A stretch of 64,000 nucleotides of DNA from an uncultured Gemmatimonadaceae bacterium (GTDB lineage: Bacteria > Gemmatimonadota > Gemmatimonadetes > Gemmatimonadales > Gemmatimonadaceae): NCBI GenBank assembly GCA_963751275.1, contig CAVVTZ010000011.1:320001-384000 (forward strand), given 5' to 3'. Shown here piece by piece: positions 46,119 to 58,855 of this stretch. The position numbers and the translations under genes were made by a program. The notes beneath the pieces were generated by a model. That model searched no databases. It saw only the letters and a list, made by a program, of their open reading frames with translations, and had not been told where the DNA came from. Within the stretch, counting starts at the first letter, position 1. Each line of letters starts with the position of its first letter.

Positions 46119-46817
46119 TCAGAGCGCCGCGATCACCGCGAGCTGCCGCCCCGCATCGCCGGCCCGGTGCGAAAAGAATATGCCATGGTCGCACTTCGTG
46201 CAGCGCGCGCTCGTGGAGATCCGCACGACGCCGGCATCGCGCGCATGCTGAGCGATGAGGCGGCGGAGATCGACCGGCGTTGGTGCGAGGACGCGGCGCC
46301 CGGTCAGTTCCGCGAACACGTCCGGGCTCACCTCGTAGCACTGTCCGCAGATCGACGGGCCGAGGTGCATCACCAGGTCGTGCGGCGCATGACCGGCGCG
46401 CCGGAAGGCGGCGATCCCCTGCTCCACGATGCGCGCGGCGGTGCCGCGCCAGCCGGAGTGGAGGAGCGCCGTCGCGCCCGAGGGATGCGCGAGGAAGACC
46501 GGCACGCAGTCCGCGATCGTGACGGCCATCGCGGTGCCGCGCTTCGCCGAGAAGTGGCCGTCGGCGTCGTTCGCGCGCAGCAACCCATCCCACCCGGCGG
46601 CGTGCTCGATCACGCGCGTGCCGTGCACCTGGTGCGCCGTGGCCAACCGCTCGATGCCCGCCTCGCGGAGACCGGCGCGCAGTCCGTCCCAGCGCGCGAG
46701 GATCTCGGCCGCCGGCTCGGTGCTCTGCCAAGCGAAGCTTCCCGCGGCGCGTGTCGTCGTGAACGCCCGCACGCCGAAGTCCGCGAAGTCCGGGACTTCC
46801 TCGTGGGGCGGCAGCAT
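46119..46817 (-). CDS. pgeF: PgeF/YfiH (laccase-domain) protein
   Basis: FTTTR, QVHGTRV, ADG, IADCVPV, HSGWRG, GPSICGQCYEV, FFSHR. Confidence 0.92.
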   Translation of the reverse strand: MLPPHEEVPDFADFGVRAFTTTRAAGSFAWQSTEPAAEILARWDGLRAGLREAGIERLATAHQVHGTRVIEHAAGWDGLLRANDADGHFSAKRGTAMAVTIADCVPVFLAHPSGATALLHSGWRGTAARIVEQGIAAFRRAGHAPHDLVMHLGPSICGQCYEVSPDVFAELTGRRVLAPTPVDLRRLIAQHARDAGVVRISTSARCTKCDHGIFFSHRAGDAGRQLAVIAAL

Positions 46818-46818
46818 G

Positions 46819-48105
46819 TCAGGCGCGCTCGACCCGGGTGACGCGGGCGCCGAGCGCGCGCACGCGCTCGTCGATGCGCTCGTAGCCGCGCTCGATCTGG
46901 CCGACGTTATTGATCGTGCTCGTGCCCTCGGCGCAGAGCGCGGCGAGGAGCATCGCCATGCCGGCGCGGATGTCGGGAGACTCGAGCGTCGAGCCACGCA
47001 GCGGCGACGGGCCGGCCACGAGGGCGCGATGCGGATCGCAGAGCACGATGCGTGCGCCCATCATCGTCAGCTTGTCCACGAAGAAGAGTCTCGACTCGAA
47101 CATCTTCTCGTGCATCAGGATCAGCCCCTTGCACTGCGTGGCGGTCACGACCGCGATCGACATGAGATCGGCGGGGAACGCGGGCCACGGCTGGTCCTCG
47201 AGCTTGGGCACATGGCCGCCGAGATCGCTGCGGATCTCGCGGTCCTGCCCCGCGGGCACCACGAGCGCGGTGCCGTCGCTCTGGCAGACGACGCCGAGCC
47301 GCTCGAAGCCGAAGCGCACGCTGCGCAAGTGCTCGAGACCGGCGTCCTCGATGCGGAGCGCGGAGTTGGTGACCGCGGCGAGCCCGATGAAAGAGCCGAC
47401 TTCGATGTGGTCGGGGCCGATCCGGTGCGTGGCGCCGCGGAAGCTCTTCGCGCCTTCGATGGTCATCTCGTTCGTGCCGATGCCGGTGATCCGCGCGCCG
47501 AGCGAGACGAGGAAGTTGGCGAGGTCCTGCACGTGCGGTTCGCTCGCGGCGTTGCGGAGGATCGTGCGGCCGCTCGCGGCGGCGGCGGCCATCAGCGCGT
47601 TCTCGGTGGCGGTGACGCTGGGCTCGTCGAGGAAGACGTCGGCGCCCTTCAGCCCCTTGGTGCTGAGATCGTAGTTCGCGCCCACGTCGCACTTGGCGCC
47701 GAGCTGCTCGAGCGCGAGGAAGTGCGTGTCCACGCGGCGGCGTCCGATGACGTCGCCGCCGGGCGGCGGGAGCGTGACGGCGCCGCAGCGCGCGAGCAGC
47801 GGCGCGGCGAGGAGGATCGACGCGCGGATGCGCGCACACAGCACGGGATCGAGCGCGCTCGCGCGCACATCGCGCGCGTGGATCTTGAGCGTATTGCGCG
47901 CGGACCATTCGGCGGTGGCGCCGAGGGACACGACGAGCTCGACCAGCGTCTCGACGTCGCGGATCCGCGGCACGTTCTCGAGGGTCACGGGCTGATCGGT
48001 GAGCAGCGCGGCGGCGATGATCGGCAGCGCCGCGTTCTTGTTCCCCGACGGACGGATGGTGCCGGACAGCGTATGTCCGCCTTCGACGATGTAATGCGGG
48101 GGCAT
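46819..48105 (-). CDS. murA: UDP-N-acetylglucosamine 1-carboxyvinyltransferase (Asp-type)
   Basis: [48 protein letters not shown]. Confidence 0.97.
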   Translation of the reverse strand: MPPHYIVEGGHTLSGTIRPSGNKNAALPIIAAALLTDQPVTLENVPRIRDVETLVELVVSLGATAEWSARNTLKIHARDVRASALDPVLCARIRASILLAAPLLARCGAVTLPPPGGDVIGRRRVDTHFLALEQLGAKCDVGANYDLSTKGLKGADVFLDEPSVTATENALMAAAAASGRTILRNAASEPHVQDLANFLVSLGARITGIGTNEMTIEGAKSFRGATHRIGPDHIEVGSFIGLAAVTNSALRIEDAGLEHLRSVRFGFERLGVVCQSDGTALVVPAGQDREIRSDLGGHVPKLEDQPWPAFPADLMSIAVVTATQCKGLILMHEKMFESRLFFVDKLTMMGARIVLCDPHRALVAGPSPLRGSTLESPDIRAGMAMLLAALCAEGTSTINNVGQIERGYERIDERVRALGARVTRVERA

Positions 48106-48175
48106 GGATTCCGAGTGAGGGCCAGTGACGGAGAATGACGACTCACTACTCGCGCGGTCAAGCGCACTCCCTACT

Positions 48176-48332
48176 TACGCGTGTGGGGCCTAGTACCACT
48201 TGAACCGCGCGTCTGGGAGGCAGCGTGTGGTACGGCTCGGCGGGAGTAGGACGCCTGACAACTCCCGCCGAGCCGTACCACACGCTGCCTCCCAGACGCG
48301 CGGTTCAAGCGGTACTTGTCCCCACACGCGTA
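48176..48332. repeat. Long near-perfect palindrome, copy B
   Basis: 72-bp arms 48176-48247 and 48261-48332, 69/72 complementary, inner 49 bp perfect, 13-nt loop. Confidence 0.95.
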
Positions 48333-48383
48333 GTGAGGCGAGCTTTAGAGTCCGGTCACGCGCATCTACGCTAGCTATAGTGT

Positions 48384-48728
48384 ATGCAGCTACTCGTCGC
48401 GGTCATCAATCATGCGGAGTTGGTCGACGATCTCCTCGCGGCGTTCGTCGAGCTCGGCATCACGGGCGCGACGGTGGTCGACAGCGAGGGGATGGGGCAC
48501 GTGCTCAGCCAGGACGTGCCGATCTTCGCCGGCGTCCGGGCGTTGCGCGCCCAGAGCCGCCCCGCGAACCAGACCGTGTTCAGCGTGGTGGACGACGACA
48601 AGGTGGACCGCGCGGTCGCCCTGATCCAGGAGATCTGCGGGAATCTTGACCTGCCGGGCCAGGGGATCGTCTTCACCGTGCCCGTTTCCCGCGTGATCGG
48701 CCTCAAAGCGGAGCTCGAGACCAGTTGA
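48384..48728 (+). CDS. P-II-like (GlnB-fold) protein
   Basis: LLVAVIN..GITGATVVDSEGMG..GQGIVFTVPVSRVIG; 114 aa. Confidence 0.8.
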   Translation: MQLLVAVINHAELVDDLLAAFVELGITGATVVDSEGMGHVLSQDVPIFAGVRALRAQSRPANQTVFSVVDDDKVDRAVALIQEICGNLDLPGQGIVFTVPVSRVIGLKAELETS

Positions 48729-49312
48729 TCCTTCCCATCGCCCTCTCCTTCGCCCTGTTGGACTCCGCGATGCAGGTGACGCGCACGGAGCCGGGTTGGC
48801 TGTGGACGCTCGAGGGGACGGTGGCCGTCATCATTGCGGTGCTGCTCATCGCGCTGCTGGGTGCGATCGCGCTCCTGATCTGGCGGCTGAGCAAGGCCTT
48901 CGAGCGCATCGTGGACGCGGTGGAGAAATTCCGCACCGACATCCTGCCGGTGACCGAGAAGGCCGCGTCGATCGCGGAGCATCTCGAAGAGGCCGCGTCG
49001 TCGGTGAAGGACTCGGTGGAGGGCGTGACCGACACGATCAACACCGCGAACGAGGCGCTGCGCGACGCGGTGGCGACCGCCGACGCGCGATTCCGCGAGT
49101 TCGACGCGATCGTGCGGGTGGCGCGCGACGAGGCGGAGGATGCCGTGGTGGGCGCCGCGAGCGTGATCCGCGGCGTGCGCGGCGGCGCGTCCGCCTTCCG
49201 TCATCGCCGGCCAGCCACTCGTGACGATGATGCGGAGGAGCGCGACACCCCGGCACCGCGCCGGCGCGGCGGCCCGCGCGCGCGGCACCAGCGCTCCGGG
49301 GACGCGGAGTGA
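48725..49312 (+). CDS. Single-TM coiled-coil protein (DUF948-like)
   Basis: Hydrophobic segment followed by heptad-rich helix; overlaps both neighbours by 4 nt; true start could be the ATG at 48770. Confidence 0.65.
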   Translation: MILPIALSFALLDSAMQVTRTEPGWLWTLEGTVAVIIAVLLIALLGAIALLIWRLSKAFERIVDAVEKFRTDILPVTEKAASIAEHLEEAASSVKDSVEGVTDTINTANEALRDAVATADARFREFDAIVRVARDEAEDAVVGAASVIRGVRGGASAFRHRRPATRDDDAEERDTPAPRRRGGPRARHQRSGDAE

Positions 49313-50265
49313 ACGCCCGGCTGCCCCACGGGCGCCGGCGCGCGCTCGCACTTGGCGCGCTCGTACTCGCCGCGCTCGTCCTGCTCCCCGCCGCCGCGTG
49401 GGCGTGGGCGCCCGGTACGCACATCTTCCTCGGCGAGTCGGTGCTCAGCGCGCTCGCGCAGCTGCCGTCCGGCGTCGCCGACCTGCTGCGCGCGTTCCCC
49501 TATGATTTCCTCTATGGGAACATCGCCGCGGACACGAGCATCGCGAAGAAATACGCGCCGGCGGGACGGCACTGCCATTCGTGGGCGGTGGGACTCGAGA
49601 TCTTCGAGCGCGCGCCCGAAGGACCGCTGCGCGCATTCGGCCTCGGCTATCTCTCGCACCTCGCGGCCGACGCAGTGGCGCACAATTTCTTCGTGCCGCG
49701 CTATCTCGCGCTCGCTTCGCGCACCTCGGGTCTCGGCCACAGCTACTGGGAGAGCCGCTTCGAGATGCATTTGGGCGGCGGCTACAGCCGGCGCGCACGC
49801 GACGTGATCCTGCAGGACCACTCGCGCTCGGACACGCATCTCGACCGCATCCTGAGCCCCACGATCTTCAGCACGCAGACCGGGCGGCGGATCTTCCGCG
49901 GCATGGTGCACGTGATCGACAGCGAGTCCTGGCAGCGGGTCTTCCAGCTCGCGGCCGATGCGAGCCGGTGGGACCTGAGCGATCCCGAAGTGGGGCGCTA
50001 CATGGACCGGTCGTACGACTACGTGATGGATTTCCTGAGCCGCGTCGAGCGGTCGGAGCCGTACGCGCTCGACCCGGCCGGCGACGTGGCGCTGCGGCGC
50101 GCGCTTGAAGTGCGGCGCGGCGCGCGCGCGAGCGGCATGGAGTTCCGGCTGGCCGAGGAGGCGGTGCGGGAATTCGCGCTGCCCGATTCGGCGCTGACGT
50201 TCGCGTCGGGGCTCAAGCCGCCGCTCTACGCGCCGGTGCGCGCGGCGCGCTCCGCCAGCAACTGA
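49309..50265 (+). CDS. Zinc-dependent phospholipase C / S1-P1 fold family protein
   Basis: Signal peptide AWA|WAPGTH, FLYGNIAAD, GYLSHLAADAVAH, HSYWE. Confidence 0.85.
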   Translation: MNARLPHGRRRALALGALVLAALVLLPAAAWAWAPGTHIFLGESVLSALAQLPSGVADLLRAFPYDFLYGNIAADTSIAKKYAPAGRHCHSWAVGLEIFERAPEGPLRAFGLGYLSHLAADAVAHNFFVPRYLALASRTSGLGHSYWESRFEMHLGGGYSRRARDVILQDHSRSDTHLDRILSPTIFSTQTGRRIFRGMVHVIDSESWQRVFQLAADASRWDLSDPEVGRYMDRSYDYVMDFLSRVERSEPYALDPAGDVALRRALEVRRGARASGMEFRLAEEAVREFALPDSALTFASGLKPPLYAPVRAARSASN

Positions 50266-51680
50266 TTCACCTGCTTCGGATCGGCGCGCCCTTTCGACTT
50301 CTTCATCACGAGCCCCACCAGCACGCCCTGCAGTTTCTTCTCGCCGCCCAGGAAGCGGCCGGCCTCGGCGGCGTTCTCGGCGAGCACTTCGTTCACCCAC
50401 TGCGCGAGCGCGCCACTGTCGCGCTCCTGGATGAGTCCCTCCCTCTCCGCGATCGCGCGCGCCTCGCCTCCGGACTCGGCCATGACCGCGAAGATCCGTT
50501 TCGCGGCGTTGTGACTCACGGTGCCGTCGCGCACGAGATCGAGCAGTGAGGCGAGCCGGGTCTCGGTGACGCGGCACTCGGTGATGGAGCGCCCCGCCGC
50601 GTTGCACCAGGCAAGCACCTCGCCCATCACCCAATTCGCGGCGGCCTTCGCGTCGCCGTGGTCCCCGGCGACGCGCTCGAAGTATTCGGCGGTGGCGATG
50701 CTCGCCGTGAGCACCTCGATGTCCGCCGCGCCGAGCGCGTACTGCTTCGCGAACCGTTCCCGCTTGGCGCGCGGCAGCTCCGGCAGCTCGCGCGCGACCT
50801 CCTCGATATACGCGCGCGTGAGGATCAGCGGCGGGAGATCGGGCTCGGGGAAATAGCGGTAGTCGTGGCTCCCCTCCTTCGAGCGTGCCGGCCGCACTTC
50901 GCCGCGCGCGCCGTCCCAGAGCATCGTCTGCTGGTGCACCGTCTCGCCGCGCGCAAGCAGCGCGCACTGCCGCACGAACTCCCCCTCGAGCGCACGCTCC
51001 ACGCCGGAAATGGAATTCATGTTCTTCACTTCGGTCTTCGTGCCGAGCTTCGTGGCCCCGCGCGGCCGCGCGCTCACGTTGGCGTCCACGCGCAGGCTCC
51101 CCTCCTCCATGCTCACGTCGCTCACGTCGATGTACTCGAGCAGCTGCTTGATCTCACGGAGGTACGCGCCGGCCGCCTGCGCCGAACGCATGTCCGGCTC
51201 GCTGACGATCTCGATGAGCGGGACGCCCGCGCGATTGAGGTCGATCGCGCTCACGCCGGGGAAGCGGTCGTGAATGGACTTGCCCGCGTCCTCCTCCATG
51301 TGCACGCGCGTGATGCCGACGGTGACCGTCGTGCCGTTCGGACCAGCGACGGCGAGCCGTCCCCGCTCCGCGAGCGGCTTGTCGTACTGCGAGATCTGGT
51401 AGCCCTTGGGCAGGTCCGGATAGAAATAATGCTTGCGCGCGAACACCGACCGCTCGTGCACGTCGCACTGCAGCGCCTGCGCCGCGCGCACCGCGAGCTG
51501 CACGGCGCGCGCGTTCAGTGACGGCAGGCTCCCCGGCAGCGCGAGACAGATGGGGCAGGTGTTCACATTGGGCAGCGCGCCGTATTCGCTGCTGCACGAG
51601 CAGAAGGCCTTGGTGGCCGTCTTGAGCTGGACGTGAACCTCGAGTCCGACCACCATCTCGAAGCCGTCGGTCGCGCTCAT
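50226..51680 (-). CDS. gatB: Asp/Glu-tRNA amidotransferase subunit B
   Basis: GLEVHVQL, RKHYFYPDLPKGYQISQ, HMEEDAGK, DYRYFPEPDL. Confidence 0.98.
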   Translation of the reverse strand: MSATDGFEMVVGLEVHVQLKTATKAFCSCSSEYGALPNVNTCPICLALPGSLPSLNARAVQLAVRAAQALQCDVHERSVFARKHYFYPDLPKGYQISQYDKPLAERGRLAVAGPNGTTVTVGITRVHMEEDAGKSIHDRFPGVSAIDLNRAGVPLIEIVSEPDMRSAQAAGAYLREIKQLLEYIDVSDVSMEEGSLRVDANVSARPRGATKLGTKTEVKNMNSISGVERALEGEFVRQCALLARGETVHQQTMLWDGARGEVRPARSKEGSHDYRYFPEPDLPPLILTRAYIEEVARELPELPRAKRERFAKQYALGAADIEVLTASIATAEYFERVAGDHGDAKAAANWVMGEVLAWCNAAGRSITECRVTETRLASLLDLVRDGTVSHNAAKRIFAVMAESGGEARAIAEREGLIQERDSGALAQWVNEVLAENAAEAGRFLGGEKKLQGVLVGLVMKKSKGRADPKQVNQLLAERAARTGA

Positions 51681-53068
51681 GAGTGCGCCGCCTTCCCGAG
51701 TTCGCGCTCGAGCGCGTACGCCACGCGGAACATCGCCTGTTCGTCGAAGTGCCGCGCGATGATCTGGCCGCCCACCGGCAGCCCGTCCACGCGGCCGACC
51801 GGCACGGACATCGCAGGCACGCCGGCGAGGTTCGCCGTCGCCGTGAAGATGTCGTTCATGTACATCTCGTACGGATCCGACTTCGCGCCGAAGGGGAACG
51901 CCGGCGACGGCGTGGTCGGCGTGAAGATGGCGGTCACGCCCGCGTCGAACGCGCGGCGGAAATCGTTCGCGATGAGCGCGCGCACGTCTTGCGCGCGCCG
52001 GTAGTACGCGTCGTAGTAGCCGGCCGAGAGCACATAGGTGCCAAGCAGGATCCGGCGCGTCACCTCGGCGCCGAAGCCGCGGGAGCGCGTCGCTTCATAC
52101 ATGCCGCGCAACCCGTCGCCCTCGAGGCGCATGCCGTACCGTACGCCATCGAAGCGCGCGAGGTTGGAGCTCGCTTCCGCGGGCGCGACGATGTAATAGA
52201 CCGGAATGGCGTAGGCGGTGTGCGGGAGCGAGATCTGGCGCACCGTCGCGCCGCGCGCGCGCAGCGCGTCGAGTACGCGGTCGCACAGCGCGGTGATGCG
52301 CGGGTCGAGTGACGACGGGAAATATTCCTTGGGCCGGCCGATCACCACGCCCTGGAGATCGCCGTCGCGCGTGGCCGCGCCGCGGAGCGCGGGCGGCGCG
52401 ATCGCGGCGCTGGTGCTGTCGAGCGGATCGTGGCCGGACATGACCTCGAGCGCGAGCGCCGCGTCGTCCACCTCGGCGCCGAACACCGCGACGTGATCGA
52501 GCGAACTGGCGAACGCCACGAGGCCGAAGCGGCTGATGCGGCCGTAGGTCGGCTTCACGCCCACGATCCCGCAATACGACGCGGGCTGCCGCACCGATCC
52601 GCCGGTCTCGGAGCCGAGCGCGATGCGCACGATGCCCGCGGCGACGGCGGCGGCCGAGCCGCCGGAGGATCCACCGGGGACGCGCGTGGGGTCGAGCGGA
52701 TTCTTCACCGGACCGTAGGCACTGTGCTCGTTGGACGAGCCCATCGCGAACTCGTCGCAGTTCGTCTTGGCCACGAGCACGGCGCCGGCCGCGTTCAGCC
52801 GCACGAGCGCCGTCGCGTCGTATGGGCTCATGTAACCTTCCAGGATCCGCGAGCCGCAGGTGGTGGGCAGTCCGATGGTGGCGAAATTGTCCTTCGCACA
52901 GTACGGCACGCCGGCGAGCACACCCGGGGCGGATCGCGCATCCCGCTCGCGCGCGGCGGCCATCGCCATCTCACGATTGCTCCACAACACACAGTTGAGC
53001 CCGTCGCGGCCGGCGTGCACTTCCTCCATGCGCGCGAAGCTCGCGGCGACCCGCTCGGCGGCACTCAC
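51677..53068 (-). CDS. gatA: Asp/Glu-tRNA amidotransferase subunit A
   Basis: KDN, DEFAMGSS, GGSSGGS, GSETGGSVRQPA, RRILLGTYVLSAGYYDAYY; GTG start overlapping the gatC stop. Confidence 0.97.
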   Translation of the reverse strand: MSAAERVAASFARMEEVHAGRDGLNCVLWSNREMAMAAARERDARSAPGVLAGVPYCAKDNFATIGLPTTCGSRILEGYMSPYDATALVRLNAAGAVLVAKTNCDEFAMGSSNEHSAYGPVKNPLDPTRVPGGSSGGSAAAVAAGIVRIALGSETGGSVRQPASYCGIVGVKPTYGRISRFGLVAFASSLDHVAVFGAEVDDAALALEVMSGHDPLDSTSAAIAPPALRGAATRDGDLQGVVIGRPKEYFPSSLDPRITALCDRVLDALRARGATVRQISLPHTAYAIPVYYIVAPAEASSNLARFDGVRYGMRLEGDGLRGMYEATRSRGFGAEVTRRILLGTYVLSAGYYDAYYRRAQDVRALIANDFRRAFDAGVTAIFTPTTPSPAFPFGAKSDPYEMYMNDIFTATANLAGVPAMSVPVGRVDGLPVGGQIIARHFDEQAMFRVAYALERELGKAAHS

Positions 53069-53373
53069 GACGCGTCGCCCTCGTCCTCGTGCGTCGCGAG
53101 GCGCGGCACGATGAAGAACCCGTCGCGCATACTCGGCGCGAAGGCCTCGAGTGGCGCGGCGAGCGGGATCGGCGGCCCGTGGTCCTCGCGGAGGCGAAGC
53201 GCCTCCTCGGCGGGCACGAGCGCGGCGGCGCCGCTCGTGTCGGCGTCGCGGAGCACGTCCATGTGGCCGAGGATGCCGTTGAGCTGCGCGACGAGCTCGG
53301 GCACGCGCTCCTCGGGCAGCGCGATGCGCGCGAGCGCGGCGATGTGCATCACGTCCTTGCGGTCGACCGCCAT
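53065..53373 (-). CDS. gatC: Asp/Glu-tRNA amidotransferase subunit C
   Basis: DVMHIAALARI, LRED, FFIVPR. Confidence 0.95.
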   Translation of the reverse strand: MAVDRKDVMHIAALARIALPEERVPELVAQLNGILGHMDVLRDADTSGAAALVPAEEALRLREDHGPPIPLAAPLEAFAPSMRDGFFIVPRLATHEDEGDAS

Positions 53374-55657
53374 CTATTCGAACCCCCGCTCGAGCCCGGC
53401 GTGCATGACCACGAGCTTCTTGCGCCCGATGGTCTCGTCGTCGAAGTCGACGGTCACTTTGCAGTCGCGCCCCGTGCCCTGCAGCTCGGCCACGGTGCCG
53501 CTGCCGAACTTGGCATGCTTCACGCGCTCGCCCTTCACGAGGCGCGCCGAGTCCTGTGACGCTTCCTCGGGCGCGAAATCGAAGTCGGCGGGACGGCGTT
53601 CCACCGGCGCACCGGGCCGGCGCATCGACGGGGTGACCAGGAATCGCGGCGCGCCCGGTGGCGCGAAGCCGAATGGTGCTCACCGCGTCGAGCATCGACG
53701 GCGGGATCGGCGCGAGGAGGCTCGAGGGCAGCGACGGCAGCGTCTCGCCGTTGCGGCGCCGGCTGCGCGCCCACGTGAGGTACAGCTTCTGCTCGGCGCG
53801 CGTGATGCCGACATAGAACAAGCCGCCGTTCTTCCTCCAGCATCGCGGGATCGTCGACGCCCCGGCTCAGCGGGAACAGCCCGTTCTCGAGGCCGGCGAT
53901 GAACACCACCGGGAACTCGAGTCCCTTCGCGGTGTGCAGCGTCATCATCGTCACGGCGTCGGCGTCGGGGTCGAGCAGGTCGAGCTCGCTCGACGAGCGT
54001 CGCGCGCTGCAGGAAATGGTCGAGCGGACGCAGGCCGACTTCACCGCCCTCGTCGATCACCAGCTCGGCGCGCGCCGCGCGCGAGCTCGGCGCACGTTGT
54101 CGAGGCGTTCGAGTCCCTCGGGCCCTTCGGCGCGCAGCGCGTCGGCGTAGCCCGTCTCGTCGACGAGCGCGAGGATCAGCCGGTCGACGCTCGGCCTCCG
54201 CGGCGAGGGCGCGCAATCGCTTCGACGAGCGCGGCGAAATCCGCGAGCGCGTTGCGCGTCGCGAGGCGCGCGCCGGGGTCGAGATCCTCGCGCGCGCGGC
54301 GGCGAGCACGGGCACGCCGGCGTCGGCGCGGCAAGGGCGAGCATTTCGACGCGTCGTGTCGCCGAGTCCCGCGGCGCGGCGCGGTGATCGCGCGCCGGAA
54401 CGCTTCGTCGTCCGCGGGATTCGCGATGAGCCGAAGCCACGCGATGAGATCCTTGATTTCGCGACGGTCGTAGAAGCGCACGGCGCCCACGAGACGGTAC
54501 GGAATGCAGCGACGGCGCAGCGATTCTTCGAGCACACGGCTCTGCGCGTTGGTGCGGTACAGAATCGCGTTCGCGCCGAGCGGCTCGTCGGTTCGGCTCG
54601 CGGCGCAGGTCGATTTCCGTCGGCGATGTACTCGGCCTCGTCGCGGTCGTCGAGGCGCCGCGACGAGCGCGACCGGGTCGCCGACCGGTCGCGTGGCGCG
54701 CAGCATCTTGCCGCGCCGTTCCGATGTTCTCGCTGATGACCGCGTTCGCGACCGCGAGGATCTGCGGCGTCGAGCGGTAGTTCTCCTCGAGCCGCACGAC
54801 CTTCGCCGCGCGGATAGTCGCGTCTCGAAGTCGAGGATGTTGCGCGACGTCGGCGCCGCGCCAGCCGTAGATCGACTGGTCGTCGTCGCCCACGACCGCG
54901 ACGTTGCCGTGCTCGCGCGCCGAGCAGGCGCACGAGCTCGTACTGCGCGCGGTTGGTGTCCTGGTACTCGTCGACGAGCAGATCAGCGGAAGCGCCGCGC
55001 GGTACGCGGCGAGCCGTTCGGGTTCTCCTGCAGCATGCGCACCGGCAGCACGAGCAGGTCGTCGAAATCGACGGCGTTGCGATTCGCGCAGGGCGCGGTC
55101 GAGCAATCTGCGTACACGCGTGCGACCGCCTTGGCTGAGCGGCGTCTGCGCGAGCGTCGCGTACTCCGCCGGGCGCCACGAACGCGTTCTCGCGTCGGAG
55201 ATCGCGCGGCGGATCGCGCGCCGGCGTCCATTGCTTGGCGGGGATCCGCAGGCGCGCTCCATCGCGCGCTTCACGACGGAGAGCGTGTCGTCCTCATCGT
55301 AGATCGTGAAGCTCGGCGTACGCTGCACGAGCGACGCGCTCGCGGCGCAGCATCCGCGCGCCGATCGCGTGGAAGGTGCCGACCCACATCCCGGCCGGCT
55401 CCGCGCCGAGCAGCCGCGCCACGCGCTCGCGCATCTCGCCGGCGGCCTTGTTCGTGAACGTCACCGCCAGGATGTGCCGCGGCTCGCACGACGCCGTCGC
55501 TCGATGAGTCGCGCGATGCGCGCCGTGAGCACCCGCGTCTTGCCGGAGCCGGCGCCGGCGAGCACGAGCATCGGGCCCTCGCCGTGCTCCACGGCTTCGC
55601 GCTGGGCGGGATTGAGGCGCGCGAGCATCTCCGCTTCGCGGCCGGGCAGGACGCTGG

Positions 55658-55661
<4 letters not shown>
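53374..55661 (-). CDS. pcrA: UvrD/PcrA family SF1 helicase (many apparent frameshifts)
   Basis: Fragments [82 protein letters not shown]-terminal Tudor [12 protein letters not shown]. Confidence 0.93.
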
Positions 55662-58082
<2,421 letters not shown>

Positions 58083-58085
58083 CGT

Positions 58086-58712
58086 TCACTCGCTCGGAAC
58101 GCCGGTGTCGAGACCCAGGAACCCGCAGTTCGGATCGACCACCATGCGGTAATAGATGGTGCGGCCGTTCGGCGCCGTGATCGGGTCGTACGGCGAGAAG
58201 TTGATGCTGTCGATGATGAACTTGGAGTAGATGTAGCGGCGCGCCGCGACCGATTGCACCGAGCACGTCGGATTGGACGTGAGGGACTGCACGTAGAAGC
58301 GAGTGCCGGCGTGGATCGTGATCGCGGTCGAGTCGCTGTATCCGAGCGTCGGCGAGACGAGCATGCTGTCGTAGGGTTGCAACGAGATCTGCAGGCCCGC
58401 GGTCAACGCACCCGTGAATCCCACGAGACCCGGCGGCAGGGCGACGGCCGTCGTGTCGTGGATATCGAAGACGACATCGTAATGTGCGCCGGGCACGGCG
58501 CGCACGGGGCTCGGCCCGTAGAAACTGGGGCCGAGCAGGGTGAGCGTGGCCACCCCCGTCGGGCCACTCTCCGGCGCACCGGTGAGCGCGTAGACACCGG
58601 CGGTATCGAACACGTTGTCCTGCGTCGCAATGGTCTGCGTCGGGCCACTGCACGCTCCGGCCGCGGCGGCGGCGAGCGCTCCCGCGGCGAGGAGGAGGAT
58701 CCGGACCTTCAT
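58086..58712 (-). CDS. Hypothetical lipoprotein
   Basis: MKVRILLLAAGALAAAAAGAC lipoprotein-type signal; beta-rich; two further Cys (PTC, DPNCG). Confidence 0.7.
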   Translation of the reverse strand: MKVRILLLAAGALAAAAAGACSGPTQTIATQDNVFDTAGVYALTGAPESGPTGVATLTLLGPSFYGPSPVRAVPGAHYDVVFDIHDTTAVALPPGLVGFTGALTAGLQISLQPYDSMLVSPTLGYSDSTAITIHAGTRFYVQSLTSNPTCSVQSVAARRYIYSKFIIDSINFSPYDPITAPNGRTIYYRMVVDPNCGFLGLDTGVPSE

Positions 58713-58855
58713 CAAATCACCTGGCAAGGGAGCACGTGAGCGACCAACCTGCGAAGAATACCCCGCCGGCTGGGAAGGTTCAAGCCGTTCTCGGCGCTTG
58801 ACTTGCCGTGAGCGAATCGAGTAGCTTCGCACCACCCGAACCCGCCGGAGCGCGC

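Noticed and set aside
45951..48332. Palindromes as a CRISPR array or simple Rho-independent terminators
   Set aside because: No repeat-spacer periodicity or cas genes; arms are far longer than terminators, lack U-tracts, and copy B lies between divergent starts
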